This document shows, one piece after another, positions 48,292 to 58,815 of a DNA stretch of 59,911 nucleotides. The stretch comes from a virus (Duplodnaviria; Caudoviricetes): the IMG/VR virus record IMGVR_UViG_3300024344_000009, positions 1-59,911 of that record; one strand, given 5' to 3'. A model generated the notes under the pieces. It made no database searches and was not told where the DNA came from. It worked only from the letters and a program-made list of their open reading frames with translations. A program made the translations under genes and the position numbers. How positions within the stretch are numbered: position 1 is the first letter of the stretch; every line of letters begins with the position of its first letter.

Positions 48292-50433
48292 TCAAATTGT
48301 TGCACCTGTAGCTACAATCCTTATAGGTATAAAAATGAATTCCGCCGCACGTACTGGTTTCAAAGCAACGTCAATGTACATCTCATTTCTGTCTATTCTA
48401 TCTGGTGTGTTATTAGTTTCATCAGATATGGTCGCAAAATCAAATAAACCACGTTTAACCAGAATATCACTCAAGAATGCATCCACAACAGCCTTCAAGT
48501 TATCCCGAGTAAGCTGATCATTAGGTTCGAATACAAAAGATAAAGTGTTCTTACGTAATTGACGACGAATATAACTTATTAAACGACTTACATTGACTCT
48601 ATCTACTGCACTAGCGTTTGGTGCTACCGTTTTCTGACCCCAAACCAAAATACCACGGCCTGGGAAGAATACAATTGGATTAATGTTAGTAAAATACTTG
48701 TATAAATCATCACGTTGACCTTGGTTTGTATAAACTTGAACAAACTCGGTAGGTTCGCCCAAAGTACCACTAGCAATACCCAAATCTGTAACACCAACTA
48801 CTAAGCCACGTCGTGTACCAGCAGGTGCAAACCACAAAAATGCAACATTATCACTAAAAGAATACACGCGAAGTGCTGTTCCAGAAGGAGCAGCTAAAAC
48901 ATTAAATCCATCCAAATTAGAAGCTAACTGCCATGGGTAATAATACGCAATATGTTCAGAAGTTTGACGTGCCGTAGTTCCTGCCCAAGCAACAACTTCA
49001 GCAGGTGTGAATGTGCTTGGTGTGTCAGCAATAATTAAAGCTTCTTCTTTAACGTCAACGCCAACAACCAATGATAACATTTCGTCAACTGTTTCCCAGT
49101 AACCAGGTGTTAATACCAAGTTAAATTCAAAGTTTTCTGAACGAATATCAAGATTGCTATTAATTTCTGCCTGAAAAGCTACAGTAATAGCTGTTCTACG
49201 TGCTGCATCATTAGCACCTAAGCTTGTATTATTAGCAAATTCCTGTGTGAATTTAAAATCATCAGCAGACGATACCAAAGTATCAGATGCATCTTGAGGG
49301 GTAAACTCATCAGGAAATGATGGATTGCTTCCTAATAGTGCCGCTGCAAACGCCGCTGCATCACCAGCAACACCCAGAAAACCACCAGTAGATGGAAAAT
49401 CAAAACCATTTTCAAAAATAGGTAATGGCAATGCAGTATGGTCATCTTCAAAATCATTTTCTACAGTTCTAAAGGTATATGAAGTATAAACGATATCAGT
49501 CATAACCTGATTAACTAATGAAATATATTCAGCAACCGTAACAGTTTCTTTATAACCATTCAATCCACCAACGGGAGCAGCAAATCCGCTAAAATCTGTT
49601 AATGTACCAAAGAATGGATTAGTTGTACCATCTACGATGAACACTGAAGAAGTTAAACCAGTAGTAGCACTTTCTATGTGAATCTTACCCAAAACTAACG
49701 TCGCAGTCCCAGCACCAGCTAATTGTATATTAAGGATATTTAATACATCCTGTATAGTTTCTGTACCAAGTACTGGACTATATGAAATAGGTACACCAAT
49801 ACCATCAATCGTAATTGTTGCTGTTACAGGTACAGGTAATGCAGGCGAACCCGAAACCATTGGAATCCAACCAGCAAGGTCGGTAAGTGCTTTAGGAATA
49901 GGTATACTTGGTGAACCAACCGTTCCAAATAATACTTCTTGATATCCAGCACATGGTCCATCACCTGGAAACTTACTAGAAATAGCGTTCGTTTCCTGTA
50001 TCAATATGTTAACAGCATTCTCTAATGCAAAAGATGCTTCTGTTATTTTACGATCCCAAAGATCACGAATATAATTAATATCATCATTCAAGTTTACATT
50101 AACACGAACTACATATGCTAAGGAACCCTGTGATAAAAATTGATTTAATGCAAAAAGACCATACTCATTTCTCGCATCACCGTGATGGGGATTGTCACTT
50201 GCGTCACGTAAAAAACGTGGAACGCCATATAATTCTTGTGATTGTCTTAATGATGTTACTGTTCGAATAATACTATGTTCAAATGTGCCTGGGGCTGTTG
50301 TGATTCCATCCGCTTGAAATCTGTCTTCTTCTGTTGCAATAAAGAACAAAGGGACCGTGGGGGCAGCACTGGGTATGAAGAAAGAATCATCATTGACTGT
50401 TACTGATACACCTGGGCTAACTAATTGTGCCAT
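48292..50433 (-). CDS. gp18: tail sheath protein (gp18-like)
   Basis: LVSPGVSV, WFAPAG.RRG, INPI, WGQKT, DRVNV.RL, FEPND, NNTPD.ID.N, P.RAAEFI. Confidence 0.95.
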   Translation of the reverse strand: MAQLVSPGVSVTVNDDSFFIPSAAPTVPLFFIATEEDRFQADGITTAPGTFEHSIIRTVTSLRQSQELYGVPRFLRDASDNPHHGDARNEYGLFALNQFLSQGSLAYVVRVNVNLNDDINYIRDLWDRKITEASFALENAVNILIQETNAISSKFPGDGPCAGYQEVLFGTVGSPSIPIPKALTDLAGWIPMVSGSPALPVPVTATITIDGIGVPISYSPVLGTETIQDVLNILNIQLAGAGTATLVLGKIHIESATTGLTSSVFIVDGTTNPFFGTLTDFSGFAAPVGGLNGYKETVTVAEYISLVNQVMTDIVYTSYTFRTVENDFEDDHTALPLPIFENGFDFPSTGGFLGVAGDAAAFAAALLGSNPSFPDEFTPQDASDTLVSSADDFKFTQEFANNTSLGANDAARRTAITVAFQAEINSNLDIRSENFEFNLVLTPGYWETVDEMLSLVVGVDVKEEALIIADTPSTFTPAEVVAWAGTTARQTSEHIAYYYPWQLASNLDGFNVLAAPSGTALRVYSFSDNVAFLWFAPAGTRRGLVVGVTDLGIASGTLGEPTEFVQVYTNQGQRDDLYKYFTNINPIVFFPGRGILVWGQKTVAPNASAVDRVNVSRLISYIRRQLRKNTLSFVFEPNDQLTRDNLKAVVDAFLSDILVKRGLFDFATISDETNNTPDRIDRNEMYIDVALKPVRAAEFIFIPIRIVATGATI

Positions 50434-50516
50434 TGGAAATCTCCTTATATATGTTTCCATCGAGTTTTGTTTGTGCCGTGGATTCAGTAAACTCTAAACT
50501 GAACTGGCTTCAATTA

Positions 50517-50557
50517 TATTTATACATATTGCAATAATTATCATAATATGTTACACT
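50517..50557. promoter_or_regulatory. late promoter (minus) back-to-back with sigma70 promoter (plus)
   Basis: TATTTATA 50517-24; TTGCAA-17-TACACT 50529-57 with extended TG. Confidence 0.7.
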
Positions 50558-50563
50558 AATATA

Positions 50564-52393
50564 ATGAATATAATAGAACAACTAAAAAAAATTAATTATA
50601 CTGATAACTTACAAAAACACATACCACGTAATAGTATCCTATATAATGATATAATTTCTAAAACGCCATATTTAAAAACAGCACCACTACGTCAACGAAT
50701 ATGGCATATTCTGAATAATACAAAAACACCACCTTTATGTGCAACATGCAAAATTAATTATACAAAATGGAATAAGAAAGCGTACTTGATTAATTGTTCA
50801 AACATTTGTGCAGCAAAAAATATTACTAGATTAAAAAAAATAAAAAGAACAAATCTAAAAAAATATGGGGTAGAAAATCCATTTCAAAATGAAATAATTA
50901 AAGAAAAAATCAAAAAAACGAATTTAGACAAGTATGGCGTTGATAATTATTCTAAAACTAAAGAATGTCAAGAAAAATTTAAAAAAACGAATTTAGACAA
51001 GTATGGCGTTGATAATTATTCTAAAACTAAAGAATGTCAAGAAAAATTTAAAAAAACGAATTTAGACAAGTATGGCGTTGATAATTATTCTAAAACTAAA
51101 GAATGTCAAGAAAAAATTAAAAAAACGAATTTAGACAAGTATGGTGTTAGCAATCCATTTCAAAATGAAGAAATTAAGGATAAAATTAAAAAAAACATGT
51201 TAATCAATCATGGCGTCGAACATGCATTACAAAATAAAGAAATTCAAGATAAAATGAAGAAAACCATGTTAATTAATCATGGTGTCGAACATGCATTACA
51301 AAATAAAGAAATTCAAGATAAAATGAAGAAAACCATGTTAATTAATCATGGTGTCGAACATGCATTACAAAAACGCATTCCAAAAGAAATACTAAAAAAA
51401 CTGAATAATAAAGACTGGTTAGAAAATGAATTAAAAGAAAAAACTTTAATTAGTATAAGTGAGGAATTGAATATATCACCTGCAACATTGAGCAAATATT
51501 GTAGAAAACTAAATATAACACTTAGAAACAAGAGTCGATCCCAAGCAGAACAGGATGTTTTAGAATTCTGTCAAAACATGTATTCTAGTAAAATTATTTT
51601 AAATTCCAAAAAAATAATAGCACCATATGAAATTGATTTATACTTTGAACAAGAACAGATAGGAATAGAATATAATGGATTATATTGGCATTCCGAATTA
51701 TGTGGTAAAGATAAAAATTATCATATAAACAAAACTACTTTATGTTTAGAAAAGAATATTAGATTAATTCATATTTTCGAACATGAATGGTTATATAAAC
51801 AAAATATTATTAAATCGAGACTAAATTCGATATTACATAACACATTTAAAATATATGGACGGAAGTGTACAATTGCCAGCGTATCAAAGGCTGATACAAA
51901 AGAATTTTTAAATAATAATCATATGCAAGGCCACATAGGATTTCAATATTCATATGGATTATATTATAACAATAAATTAATTAGTATTATGACATTTGGT
52001 AAACCTAGATTCAATAAGACACATGAATATGAATTATTAAGATTCTGTACAATATTAAACCATACGGTAGTAGGTGGTGCAAGTAAACTATATAGACACT
52101 TCATTAAGACACATTCGCCTCAATCCATAATAAGCTACTGTGATTTACGATTAGGAACTGGTAATGTATATAAACAAATAGGAATGAATTTTTCACATGT
52201 AACTAAACCAAATTATTGGTATTTTAATAAAAACTCTATGCATGTATATTCCAGAATAAAATTTCAAAAACACAAACTAAAAAAATTATTACCTATTTTT
52301 GATGAAAATCTTACGGAATGGGAAAACATGCAGAATAATGGGTGGAATAGGTTTTGGGATTGTGGTAATTCCGTATGGACATATTTAAAGTGA
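50564..52393 (+). CDS. family B endonuclease, 8 repeats + HTH
   Basis: YGV/HGV repeats; IGIEYNGLYWHS; ELLRF..GGASKL; WDCG. Confidence 0.8.
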   Translation: MNIIEQLKKINYTDNLQKHIPRNSILYNDIISKTPYLKTAPLRQRIWHILNNTKTPPLCATCKINYTKWNKKAYLINCSNICAAKNITRLKKIKRTNLKKYGVENPFQNEIIKEKIKKTNLDKYGVDNYSKTKECQEKFKKTNLDKYGVDNYSKTKECQEKFKKTNLDKYGVDNYSKTKECQEKIKKTNLDKYGVSNPFQNEEIKDKIKKNMLINHGVEHALQNKEIQDKMKKTMLINHGVEHALQNKEIQDKMKKTMLINHGVEHALQKRIPKEILKKLNNKDWLENELKEKTLISISEELNISPATLSKYCRKLNITLRNKSRSQAEQDVLEFCQNMYSSKIILNSKKIIAPYEIDLYFEQEQIGIEYNGLYWHSELCGKDKNYHINKTTLCLEKNIRLIHIFEHEWLYKQNIIKSRLNSILHNTFKIYGRKCTIASVSKADTKEFLNNNHMQGHIGFQYSYGLYYNNKLISIMTFGKPRFNKTHEYELLRFCTILNHTVVGGASKLYRHFIKTHSPQSIISYCDLRLGTGNVYKQIGMNFSHVTKPNYWYFNKNSMHVYSRIKFQKHKLKKLLPIFDENLTEWENMQNNGWNRFWDCGNSVWTYLK

Positions 52394-53946
52394 ATATTAA
52401 AGACCAATTAAATGAAATTGACCTTACAGAAGACTTACGCCCGATAATAACAATACATGGACAATTATATAAAGATATAATAAAAGAGACTGCATATCTA
52501 AACACAGCCCCGTTACGTCAACGAATATGGCATATTTTAAACACTAAAAATCCGCCGCTATGTCTTCATTGTAATAAAACACATACTAGATGGAAGGAGA
52601 AGATGTATAGAACTTATTGTTCAAAAACATGTGCAAATAAAGATGCACATCGTCTAGCCAAAGTTGAAAAAACAAATATCGAAAAATATGGTGTTAAGAA
52701 TGTATTTCAATCTAAGCGAATAAAAAAGCAAATAATACAAAGCAATATAAAGCGATATGGTGTAGAAAATCCTTCACAATCAGAAGAAATAAAAAATCAG
52801 AAAAAGAAGTCATCACAAAAAAAATATGGAACAAATTGTGTATTACAATCACATGAAGTCAAAGATAAAATAAAAAAGACCAATTTATCTAAATATGGCG
52901 TAGAGCATTTTTCATATAAAAATATAACTCAAAAAACACTAGACAAATTAAATAATACACAATGGTTAAAAGATAAATATGTAACTGAAAACATGTCTAT
53001 ATTAGATATATCCAAAGAATTAAATATTTCGCATTCTACTGTATATTTGTATATTAAAAAACATAATTTTTATAAGCCAAATAAAAGTTCTACATCTGAA
53101 ATTCAATTGCGAAAAATATGTGAAGCAACAAATTTAAATATACAATCTAATTGCAGGAACATTATACCACCTTATGAATTAGATATATTAATTACCGAAT
53201 TAAATCTTGCGATTGAATATAATGGATTATACTGGCATTCTGAATTATTTGGCAAAAATAAAGATTATCACTTAAATAAAACGAAGTTATGTAATGAAAA
53301 AGGAATTAGATTAATACATATTTTCGAACATGAATGGTTACTTAAACAGGATATAATAAAGTCGAGAATAAACTCATTATTAAATAATACGACTAAAATA
53401 TATGCTAGAAATTGTATTATTAAATTGGTATCTAAAATAGATTCTAAAACATTCCTTAACAATAATCATATACAAGGTAATGTTGGATGTAAATATTCTT
53501 ATGGATTATATAATAAAGGTGTTTTAGTAAGTTTAATGACATTTGGGGAACCTAGATTTAATAAAATGCATGATTACGAATTATTAAGATTTTGTTCTTT
53601 ATTAGATCATACCATAGTAGGTGGTGCTAGTAAATTATTCAAACATTTCACAAAAACGCACAAGCCTAAATCCGTAATAAGTTATTGTGATATCCGATAT
53701 GGTACAGGAAATGTATATAAGAAATTAGATTTTGAAATATCACACATAACCAAGCCAAATTATTGGTATTTTAATAAAAATGATTGTTTGAATGTTTATT
53801 CTCGAATAAAATTCCAAAAACACAAACTAAAAAAATTATTACCTATTTTTGATGAAAATCTTACGGAATGGGAAAACATGCAGAATAATGGATGGAATAG
53901 GTTTTGGGATTGTGGTAATTCCGTATGGACATATTCAAAACATTGA
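52390..53946 (+). CDS. family B endonuclease, 4 repeats + HTH (tandem paralog)
   Basis: GTG 52390 aligns with start of preceding paralog (GTGA overlap); same motifs. Confidence 0.8.
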   Translation: MNIKDQLNEIDLTEDLRPIITIHGQLYKDIIKETAYLNTAPLRQRIWHILNTKNPPLCLHCNKTHTRWKEKMYRTYCSKTCANKDAHRLAKVEKTNIEKYGVKNVFQSKRIKKQIIQSNIKRYGVENPSQSEEIKNQKKKSSQKKYGTNCVLQSHEVKDKIKKTNLSKYGVEHFSYKNITQKTLDKLNNTQWLKDKYVTENMSILDISKELNISHSTVYLYIKKHNFYKPNKSSTSEIQLRKICEATNLNIQSNCRNIIPPYELDILITELNLAIEYNGLYWHSELFGKNKDYHLNKTKLCNEKGIRLIHIFEHEWLLKQDIIKSRINSLLNNTTKIYARNCIIKLVSKIDSKTFLNNNHIQGNVGCKYSYGLYNKGVLVSLMTFGEPRFNKMHDYELLRFCSLLDHTIVGGASKLFKHFTKTHKPKSVISYCDIRYGTGNVYKKLDFEISHITKPNYWYFNKNDCLNVYSRIKFQKHKLKKLLPIFDENLTEWENMQNNGWNRFWDCGNSVWTYSKH

Positions 53947-53954
53947 CAAACCTT

Positions 53955-54746
53955 TTAAGTTTGTGGTGAACCAGTACCAAATTCTGGTATATTAATAGAA
54001 TCAAGTGAAGCTATAAGATTATAATGAACTCCTTGTTGATCAAGATCAGCGATAATTTCTTCTGAACTCATAGAATCAAAATCAACTGCACCGATTCTTG
54101 CATAAATATCTTGCACAAAATCATCTTTTACATTAGCTGGTGCCGAAATCCATATCGGAAACTTAAATGTCAAATTGGATACAATTATTCTGGTATCAGT
54201 TCCTATAGGATAATTATCTTCATAATTAACTGACAATAGTTCTATCATACTCAATTTCGTCCAATCAAATAATGCATCATTTTTTTGAATCTGAACAATA
54301 GGATCAAATAACATTAATATTTGTTCTAATATTTGATATCGTTCGTCCATATTAGATGTCCATATTGCTAATTCTACCGTCATAGAATATGGAATTGGCA
54401 TTTGTTGTTTTACAACTTTTACATCATCGGGGACTACACCACCAACAGGTGCAAATGTTTGTCTACGTACATTCCCTATTCCTTTACGCATTTCTGGTGC
54501 CATTTCTATATTTTGAATGACACAACTCATAGCAGGCAATCGCAAAAGTTTATTTTGTGTGTTATCATTAAGTATGTGTGCTACTACCCTATCTTTATTA
54601 CCAAAAAATATCGGAACAGATATTAAATGAGAGGTTGGCTCACGTTCATTTTTACCTATTTTAACCTTCATATTACCAAATATCATCATAAACTGAATTA
54701 TATACTTCTTTATTTGTTCATCATAATAATGATTATTAAATGCCAT
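53955..54746 (-). CDS. gp15: tail terminator / sheath stabiliser (gp15-like)
   Basis: YYDEQIKKY..F, VPI, LPAMS, PIPY, QILEQIL..F.P. Confidence 0.85.
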   Translation of the reverse strand: MAFNNHYYDEQIKKYIIQFMMIFGNMKVKIGKNEREPTSHLISVPIFFGNKDRVVAHILNDNTQNKLLRLPAMSCVIQNIEMAPEMRKGIGNVRRQTFAPVGGVVPDDVKVVKQQMPIPYSMTVELAIWTSNMDERYQILEQILMLFDPIVQIQKNDALFDWTKLSMIELLSVNYEDNYPIGTDTRIIVSNLTFKFPIWISAPANVKDDFVQDIYARIGAVDFDSMSSEEIIADLDQQGVHYNLIASLDSINIPEFGTGSPQT

Positions 54747-56850
54747 ATTTTAACCTTATAAGTCCACAATCATAAATTCTATATTTTTTAGCATTTATCA
54801 TATTTTCGTGCTCAGTTAATTTTTCATCATATACAGATAATTTATTTTTTAAATGTTTATGTCTAAAACCAAATTTATGCAAACGCTTATCGCCTATTAC
54901 ATATTTATAATCTGGTGCTAATATACTATCTATAACCCAACCAGTAGACAAATACATGTTTGCTTCTGACCATCTCCTATCTGCAAAACTAATTATTTTT
55001 TTAGGTGTATATATTTTTTTAAAATGTGATAATATTTTACTAAAACCACCAACAACACGATTTTTAGTAGCATATCGTGTTAGAATATATGAAGTTTTAT
55101 TTTTGGTAAACAACATTATAGCAACAATTTCATTTTGATATAATAAACCTATCTCTATACTACTATTAGCATCACCTTGTATATGATACTTATCAAAAAA
55201 ATCTTTCTTTTGTTGTTTATTAGGTATTATAATATCAGTTTTTCTAGCATAAATTCTTGGTCTGTTATCAATTCCAAGTTTAGATAATAATGCAGACCGA
55301 ACCTGATTCGTTCTATAAATCCATTCATCCGCGAAAATAGTTATTAATCTGTATCCCGCCTCATTGCACATCTTCATTTTATTAAAATGATATGTTTTAT
55401 CTTTGAAAAATTCAGAATGCCAATATAAACCACAATATTCTATAGCTATTTTTTTGTCAGGAATTACTATATCTAACTCTAATGGCTTTATTATTGTTCT
55501 ATCATTTCGCGAAATATAAACCCCTGCATCTATTAAAAATTGTGCTACTTCACGTTCGCCATTAGAATAACTATAATAAAATTGTGGTATATCATGTATA
55601 ACTAAATGCCGCTTTACCGTAGTATCAGAAATTCCTAAAATCTGTGATATATTTAATAAATTTCTTTTTTCTAAAACATGTTTAATATATAACCATTTAT
55701 CATTCTCCATTTTATTTAATACATCTTCTGGTATATGTTTTTGGGAATAACTATAAACGCCATATCTTTCTAAATTGGTTTGTTTAGATTTTTCTTTGAA
55801 GTCATCTGACATCATATAACTATCAACACCATATCTTTCTAAGTTGATTTGTTTTATTTTATCTTTAATTTCTGTCGATTTAAATGTATTATCAACACCA
55901 TATTTATCTAAGTTGGTTTGTTTTACCTTTGCTCTAATTTCTTCTGATTGAAATACATTTTCGACACCATACTTGTCTAAGTTGGTTTTTTTGATTTTAT
56001 CTTTAACTTCTTTTGATTGAAATACATATTCGACGCCATATCTTTCTAAATTGGTTTGTTTAGATTTTTCTTTGAAGTCATCTGACATCGAATAACTATA
56101 AACGCCATATCTTTCTAAATTGGTTTGTTTAGATTTTTCTTTAAAGTCATCTGACATCGTATAACTATCAACACCATATCTTTCTAAATTGGTTTGTTTA
56201 GATTTTTCTTTAACTTCTTTTGATTGTGAAGGAATTTCGACACCATATCTTTTCAAATTGGTTTGTTTAGATTTTTCACGTATCTCTGTCGATTTTAATG
56301 GATTATCAACGCCGTATTTTTCTAAGTTGGTCAGCTTTACCTTATCTCTAATTTTTTTAGATTTAAATGTATTATCAACACCATATCTCTCTAAATTAGT
56401 TTTTTTGATTTTATCTTTAACTTCTTTTGATTGCAATACATGTTCGACCCCATATCTCTCTAAATTGGTAGTTTTCACCTTATCTCTAATTTTTTTAGAT
56501 TTTAATGGTACATCAACACCATAATTATTTTTACATGTGGTTTTTCTTTTTTGTTCCACACTTTTAGAGAATCCTATACATGAAACAGAACAACATAAAC
56601 TATATTTTCTTAATCGTTCATTAAATTTTATAGTGTTTGTACATTTAATACTGTCACAAATAGGTTGACTTTTTATATTATTAATAATACAAAAAATTTG
56701 TTCTTTTAAAGAATCTGCATGTTGTGGTGAATTACACAAAATATAATCATTCAGCACCGGATTTTTTCTTAATATTTTTTTGGCATTTTTGCTAAGTCTT
56801 CCAGATTTTGTGATAACACCAATCAATCGTAATTCTGTTTCTAAAAACAT
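54736..56850 (-). CDS. family B endonuclease, 12 repeats + HTH
   Basis: YGV repeats; IAIEYCGLYWHS; LTRYA..GGFSK; YDCG. Confidence 0.8.
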   Translation of the reverse strand: MFLETELRLIGVITKSGRLSKNAKKILRKNPVLNDYILCNSPQHADSLKEQIFCIINNIKSQPICDSIKCTNTIKFNERLRKYSLCCSVSCIGFSKSVEQKRKTTCKNNYGVDVPLKSKKIRDKVKTTNLERYGVEHVLQSKEVKDKIKKTNLERYGVDNTFKSKKIRDKVKLTNLEKYGVDNPLKSTEIREKSKQTNLKRYGVEIPSQSKEVKEKSKQTNLERYGVDSYTMSDDFKEKSKQTNLERYGVYSYSMSDDFKEKSKQTNLERYGVEYVFQSKEVKDKIKKTNLDKYGVENVFQSEEIRAKVKQTNLDKYGVDNTFKSTEIKDKIKQINLERYGVDSYMMSDDFKEKSKQTNLERYGVYSYSQKHIPEDVLNKMENDKWLYIKHVLEKRNLLNISQILGISDTTVKRHLVIHDIPQFYYSYSNGEREVAQFLIDAGVYISRNDRTIIKPLELDIVIPDKKIAIEYCGLYWHSEFFKDKTYHFNKMKMCNEAGYRLITIFADEWIYRTNQVRSALLSKLGIDNRPRIYARKTDIIIPNKQQKKDFFDKYHIQGDANSSIEIGLLYQNEIVAIMLFTKNKTSYILTRYATKNRVVGGFSKILSHFKKIYTPKKIISFADRRWSEANMYLSTGWVIDSILAPDYKYVIGDKRLHKFGFRHKHLKNKLSVYDEKLTEHENMINAKKYRIYDCGLIRLKYGI
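55740..56545 (-). repeat. 69-bp coding tandem repeat, 12 units
   Basis: KQTNLERYGV-xxxxx-S.E/D unit. Confidence 0.9.
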
Positions 56851-56857
56851 GTAAATA

Positions 56858-56886
56858 ATTATAACATAAAAACTACTTTTTGCCTA
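56858..56886 (-). promoter_or_regulatory. sigma70-type promoter, leaderless
   Basis: TAGGCA-17-TATAAT with extended TG; ATG 7 nt downstream. Confidence 0.65.
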
Positions 56887-58555
56887 CTTTTTCTGATGAA
56901 ACTCTATTAGAACTAGCCAAAAATTCACTTAATATAGGCTTTTGCTCATTATGTGCCTTCCTCAAATCTGTTTCTATCCATATCCATCTATCTTTAGCAT
57001 TTGACCATCTAAACAATCGTGGTGCTATATTAGTACCTACTTGATTATATGTAAGCCTATGATAATCACCATTTTTAGGTAAATCAGGGAATTCATCTGC
57101 TTCTGTGTAAGGTAAGTGGTTCGGAGGTAGAGCGTCTTCTACATATAATTGATTTTTGTTAGAACTTATTATGCCCAAATTAGCTCCAGTTTGTTCTTTT
57201 ACCACATCACGTTGATGTTGATCAAACTCCTGTATATCGGCCATATCAGATCCCAATTCAGGAGTATTAGTTATAGCTTCTGACTGTATTGCATGTGTAG
57301 TTTCAGATAAATCTTGTACTTGTGGTTGTTCACCACGAATACCATCTAAATCTAACAAACCATATTTTACTAAACCAGATTCATCAGGCGTCTCTTCTAA
57401 ACCACCAAATATGTCAGCCGTTTCAGGTGTTCCCAACATAGGCATTGCAACTAATCTCAAAATTGTCGGAATCCATCCGGGTGTAAATCCCTCTGTACTC
57501 CAGCCCACGTCTGTTATTTCCATATACTTTTTAATAGGCTCTAATTTACTATTATATTGAGTTTCACTAGGAACTTCAAAAATATCACCAATAACCACTG
57601 GGCGTCCTAAACCAGCAACCATTGCACTAAACGACATTTGAATATACATTTGTTGATTAGGTAATTCAATACCAAATCGACTCAAATCAGTTGTAGAATC
57701 TAACAAATCATAAGTCCCTTTTAATAAAACAGCCTCTTCAGAATAATCTCGATTGCGATTTTCTAACCATATATGATCTTCTATATTATTTAACTGTGTT
57801 AATGAATAATCCATCATTTCTAAGGCTTGTACTGCCCAGTAATCATTAGAACTACCATTAAATGCTATTGGACGTATTCTCCAATATCGATTAGCTACAG
57901 AAGCACGAAAATGAATCGTATTTAAACAATTATCATCTGGCAATTCAATTACAGCGGCACCAAACCATTTAAAACCATCAAATGATCTCTCTATTCTTGC
58001 ACGCGTTACGCGGTTCTGTGAATTGTTTCCCTGCTTAATTTTAATAGTAGAAATACTATTGTTAACTGATGTATCAACCCCATAACGTTCGCGACCATTA
58101 GGTAACTTTATCGAACCAAAATCATATCCAATGTATCCAGAATCTATAATTCCTTGTCCCTTTTGTAAAGTTCTCCATTCAGTAACAAATGTAGTAAAAG
58201 CATTCTTCGCAGGGAAATTTATTGCCGCTCCACTAGAAATAGGATTGCCATTCCCAACTAAATCAATTAACTCGCCTTGTTCATGTACGCCTAATAACTT
58301 ATATACCAACATGTCTGCCGCACCAATATTTAAATGCTCTTCAATTACCCCATTAATAAAACATGTATCATCAAATTTTGTTAATTGAAAATCACTACAC
58401 GTTGAAGTAGAGGGCGTAGGACAAGAAGTCGGGCCAGGCAAACTTGTTACAGGTTGTACGGTGCAATTAGGGTCTAATGGATTAGTAGGCGTATTATTAG
58501 CTGGCAAATCACCGGGTACATACGTTCCCTCGCAAACTTCTTTTGTGCTCATCAA
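56873..58555 (-). CDS. neck protein (gp14-like) with inserted discoidin-like domain
   Basis: VYKLLG..IED..LENRNRDY..DLSRFG..LGR..GD..E.P..EG; upstream of gp15. Confidence 0.65.
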   Translation of the reverse strand: MMSTKEVCEGTYVPGDLPANNTPTNPLDPNCTVQPVTSLPGPTSCPTPSTSTCSDFQLTKFDDTCFINGVIEEHLNIGAADMLVYKLLGVHEQGELIDLVGNGNPISSGAAINFPAKNAFTTFVTEWRTLQKGQGIIDSGYIGYDFGSIKLPNGRERYGVDTSVNNSISTIKIKQGNNSQNRVTRARIERSFDGFKWFGAAVIELPDDNCLNTIHFRASVANRYWRIRPIAFNGSSNDYWAVQALEMMDYSLTQLNNIEDHIWLENRNRDYSEEAVLLKGTYDLLDSTTDLSRFGIELPNQQMYIQMSFSAMVAGLGRPVVIGDIFEVPSETQYNSKLEPIKKYMEITDVGWSTEGFTPGWIPTILRLVAMPMLGTPETADIFGGLEETPDESGLVKYGLLDLDGIRGEQPQVQDLSETTHAIQSEAITNTPELGSDMADIQEFDQHQRDVVKEQTGANLGIISSNKNQLYVEDALPPNHLPYTEADEFPDLPKNGDYHRLTYNQVGTNIAPRLFRWSNAKDRWIWIETDLRKAHNEQKPILSEFLASSNRVSSEKVGKK

Positions 58556-58749
58556 ATACGCCCCTTTCTTATAGGTCTACCAATTTTAGATTCATCTTTG
58601 CGGATTTTTTTACCTTTTGAACCTTTTTCACACCATGTTCTATCACGGCAAAATTCACTAGGTAACTGTATTTCTGAATCCCTATTTTCACCAGGAGTCA
58701 TATTCCGATTAGCAATTGTGCGATTAGTATCTAGTTCATAAAGTTTCAT
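58552..58749 (-). CDS. small hypothetical late protein
   Basis: 65 aa, right after TATAAATA, ATGA overlap with next gene. Confidence 0.6.
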   Translation of the reverse strand: MKLYELDTNRTIANRNMTPGENRDSEIQLPSEFCRDRTWCEKGSKGKKIRKDESKIGRPIRKGRI

Positions 58750-58754
58750 ATACT

Positions 58755-58796
58755 TATTTATAATATATTGACATTATATAAATTTCAGTATATACT
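58755..58796. promoter_or_regulatory. late promoter (minus) back-to-back with sigma70 promoter (plus)
   Basis: TATTTATA 58755-62; TTGACA-17-TATACT 58768-96. Confidence 0.8.
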
Positions 58797-58815
58797 ATTA
58801 AGTGAGAGTGAAAAA

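Noticed and set aside
58768-58815. Extended N-termini from the ORF track (58768, 43266, 50460, 7386, 36151, 34553, 52375)
   Set aside because: They overlap promoters or upstream genes; SD position and paralog alignment favour later starts
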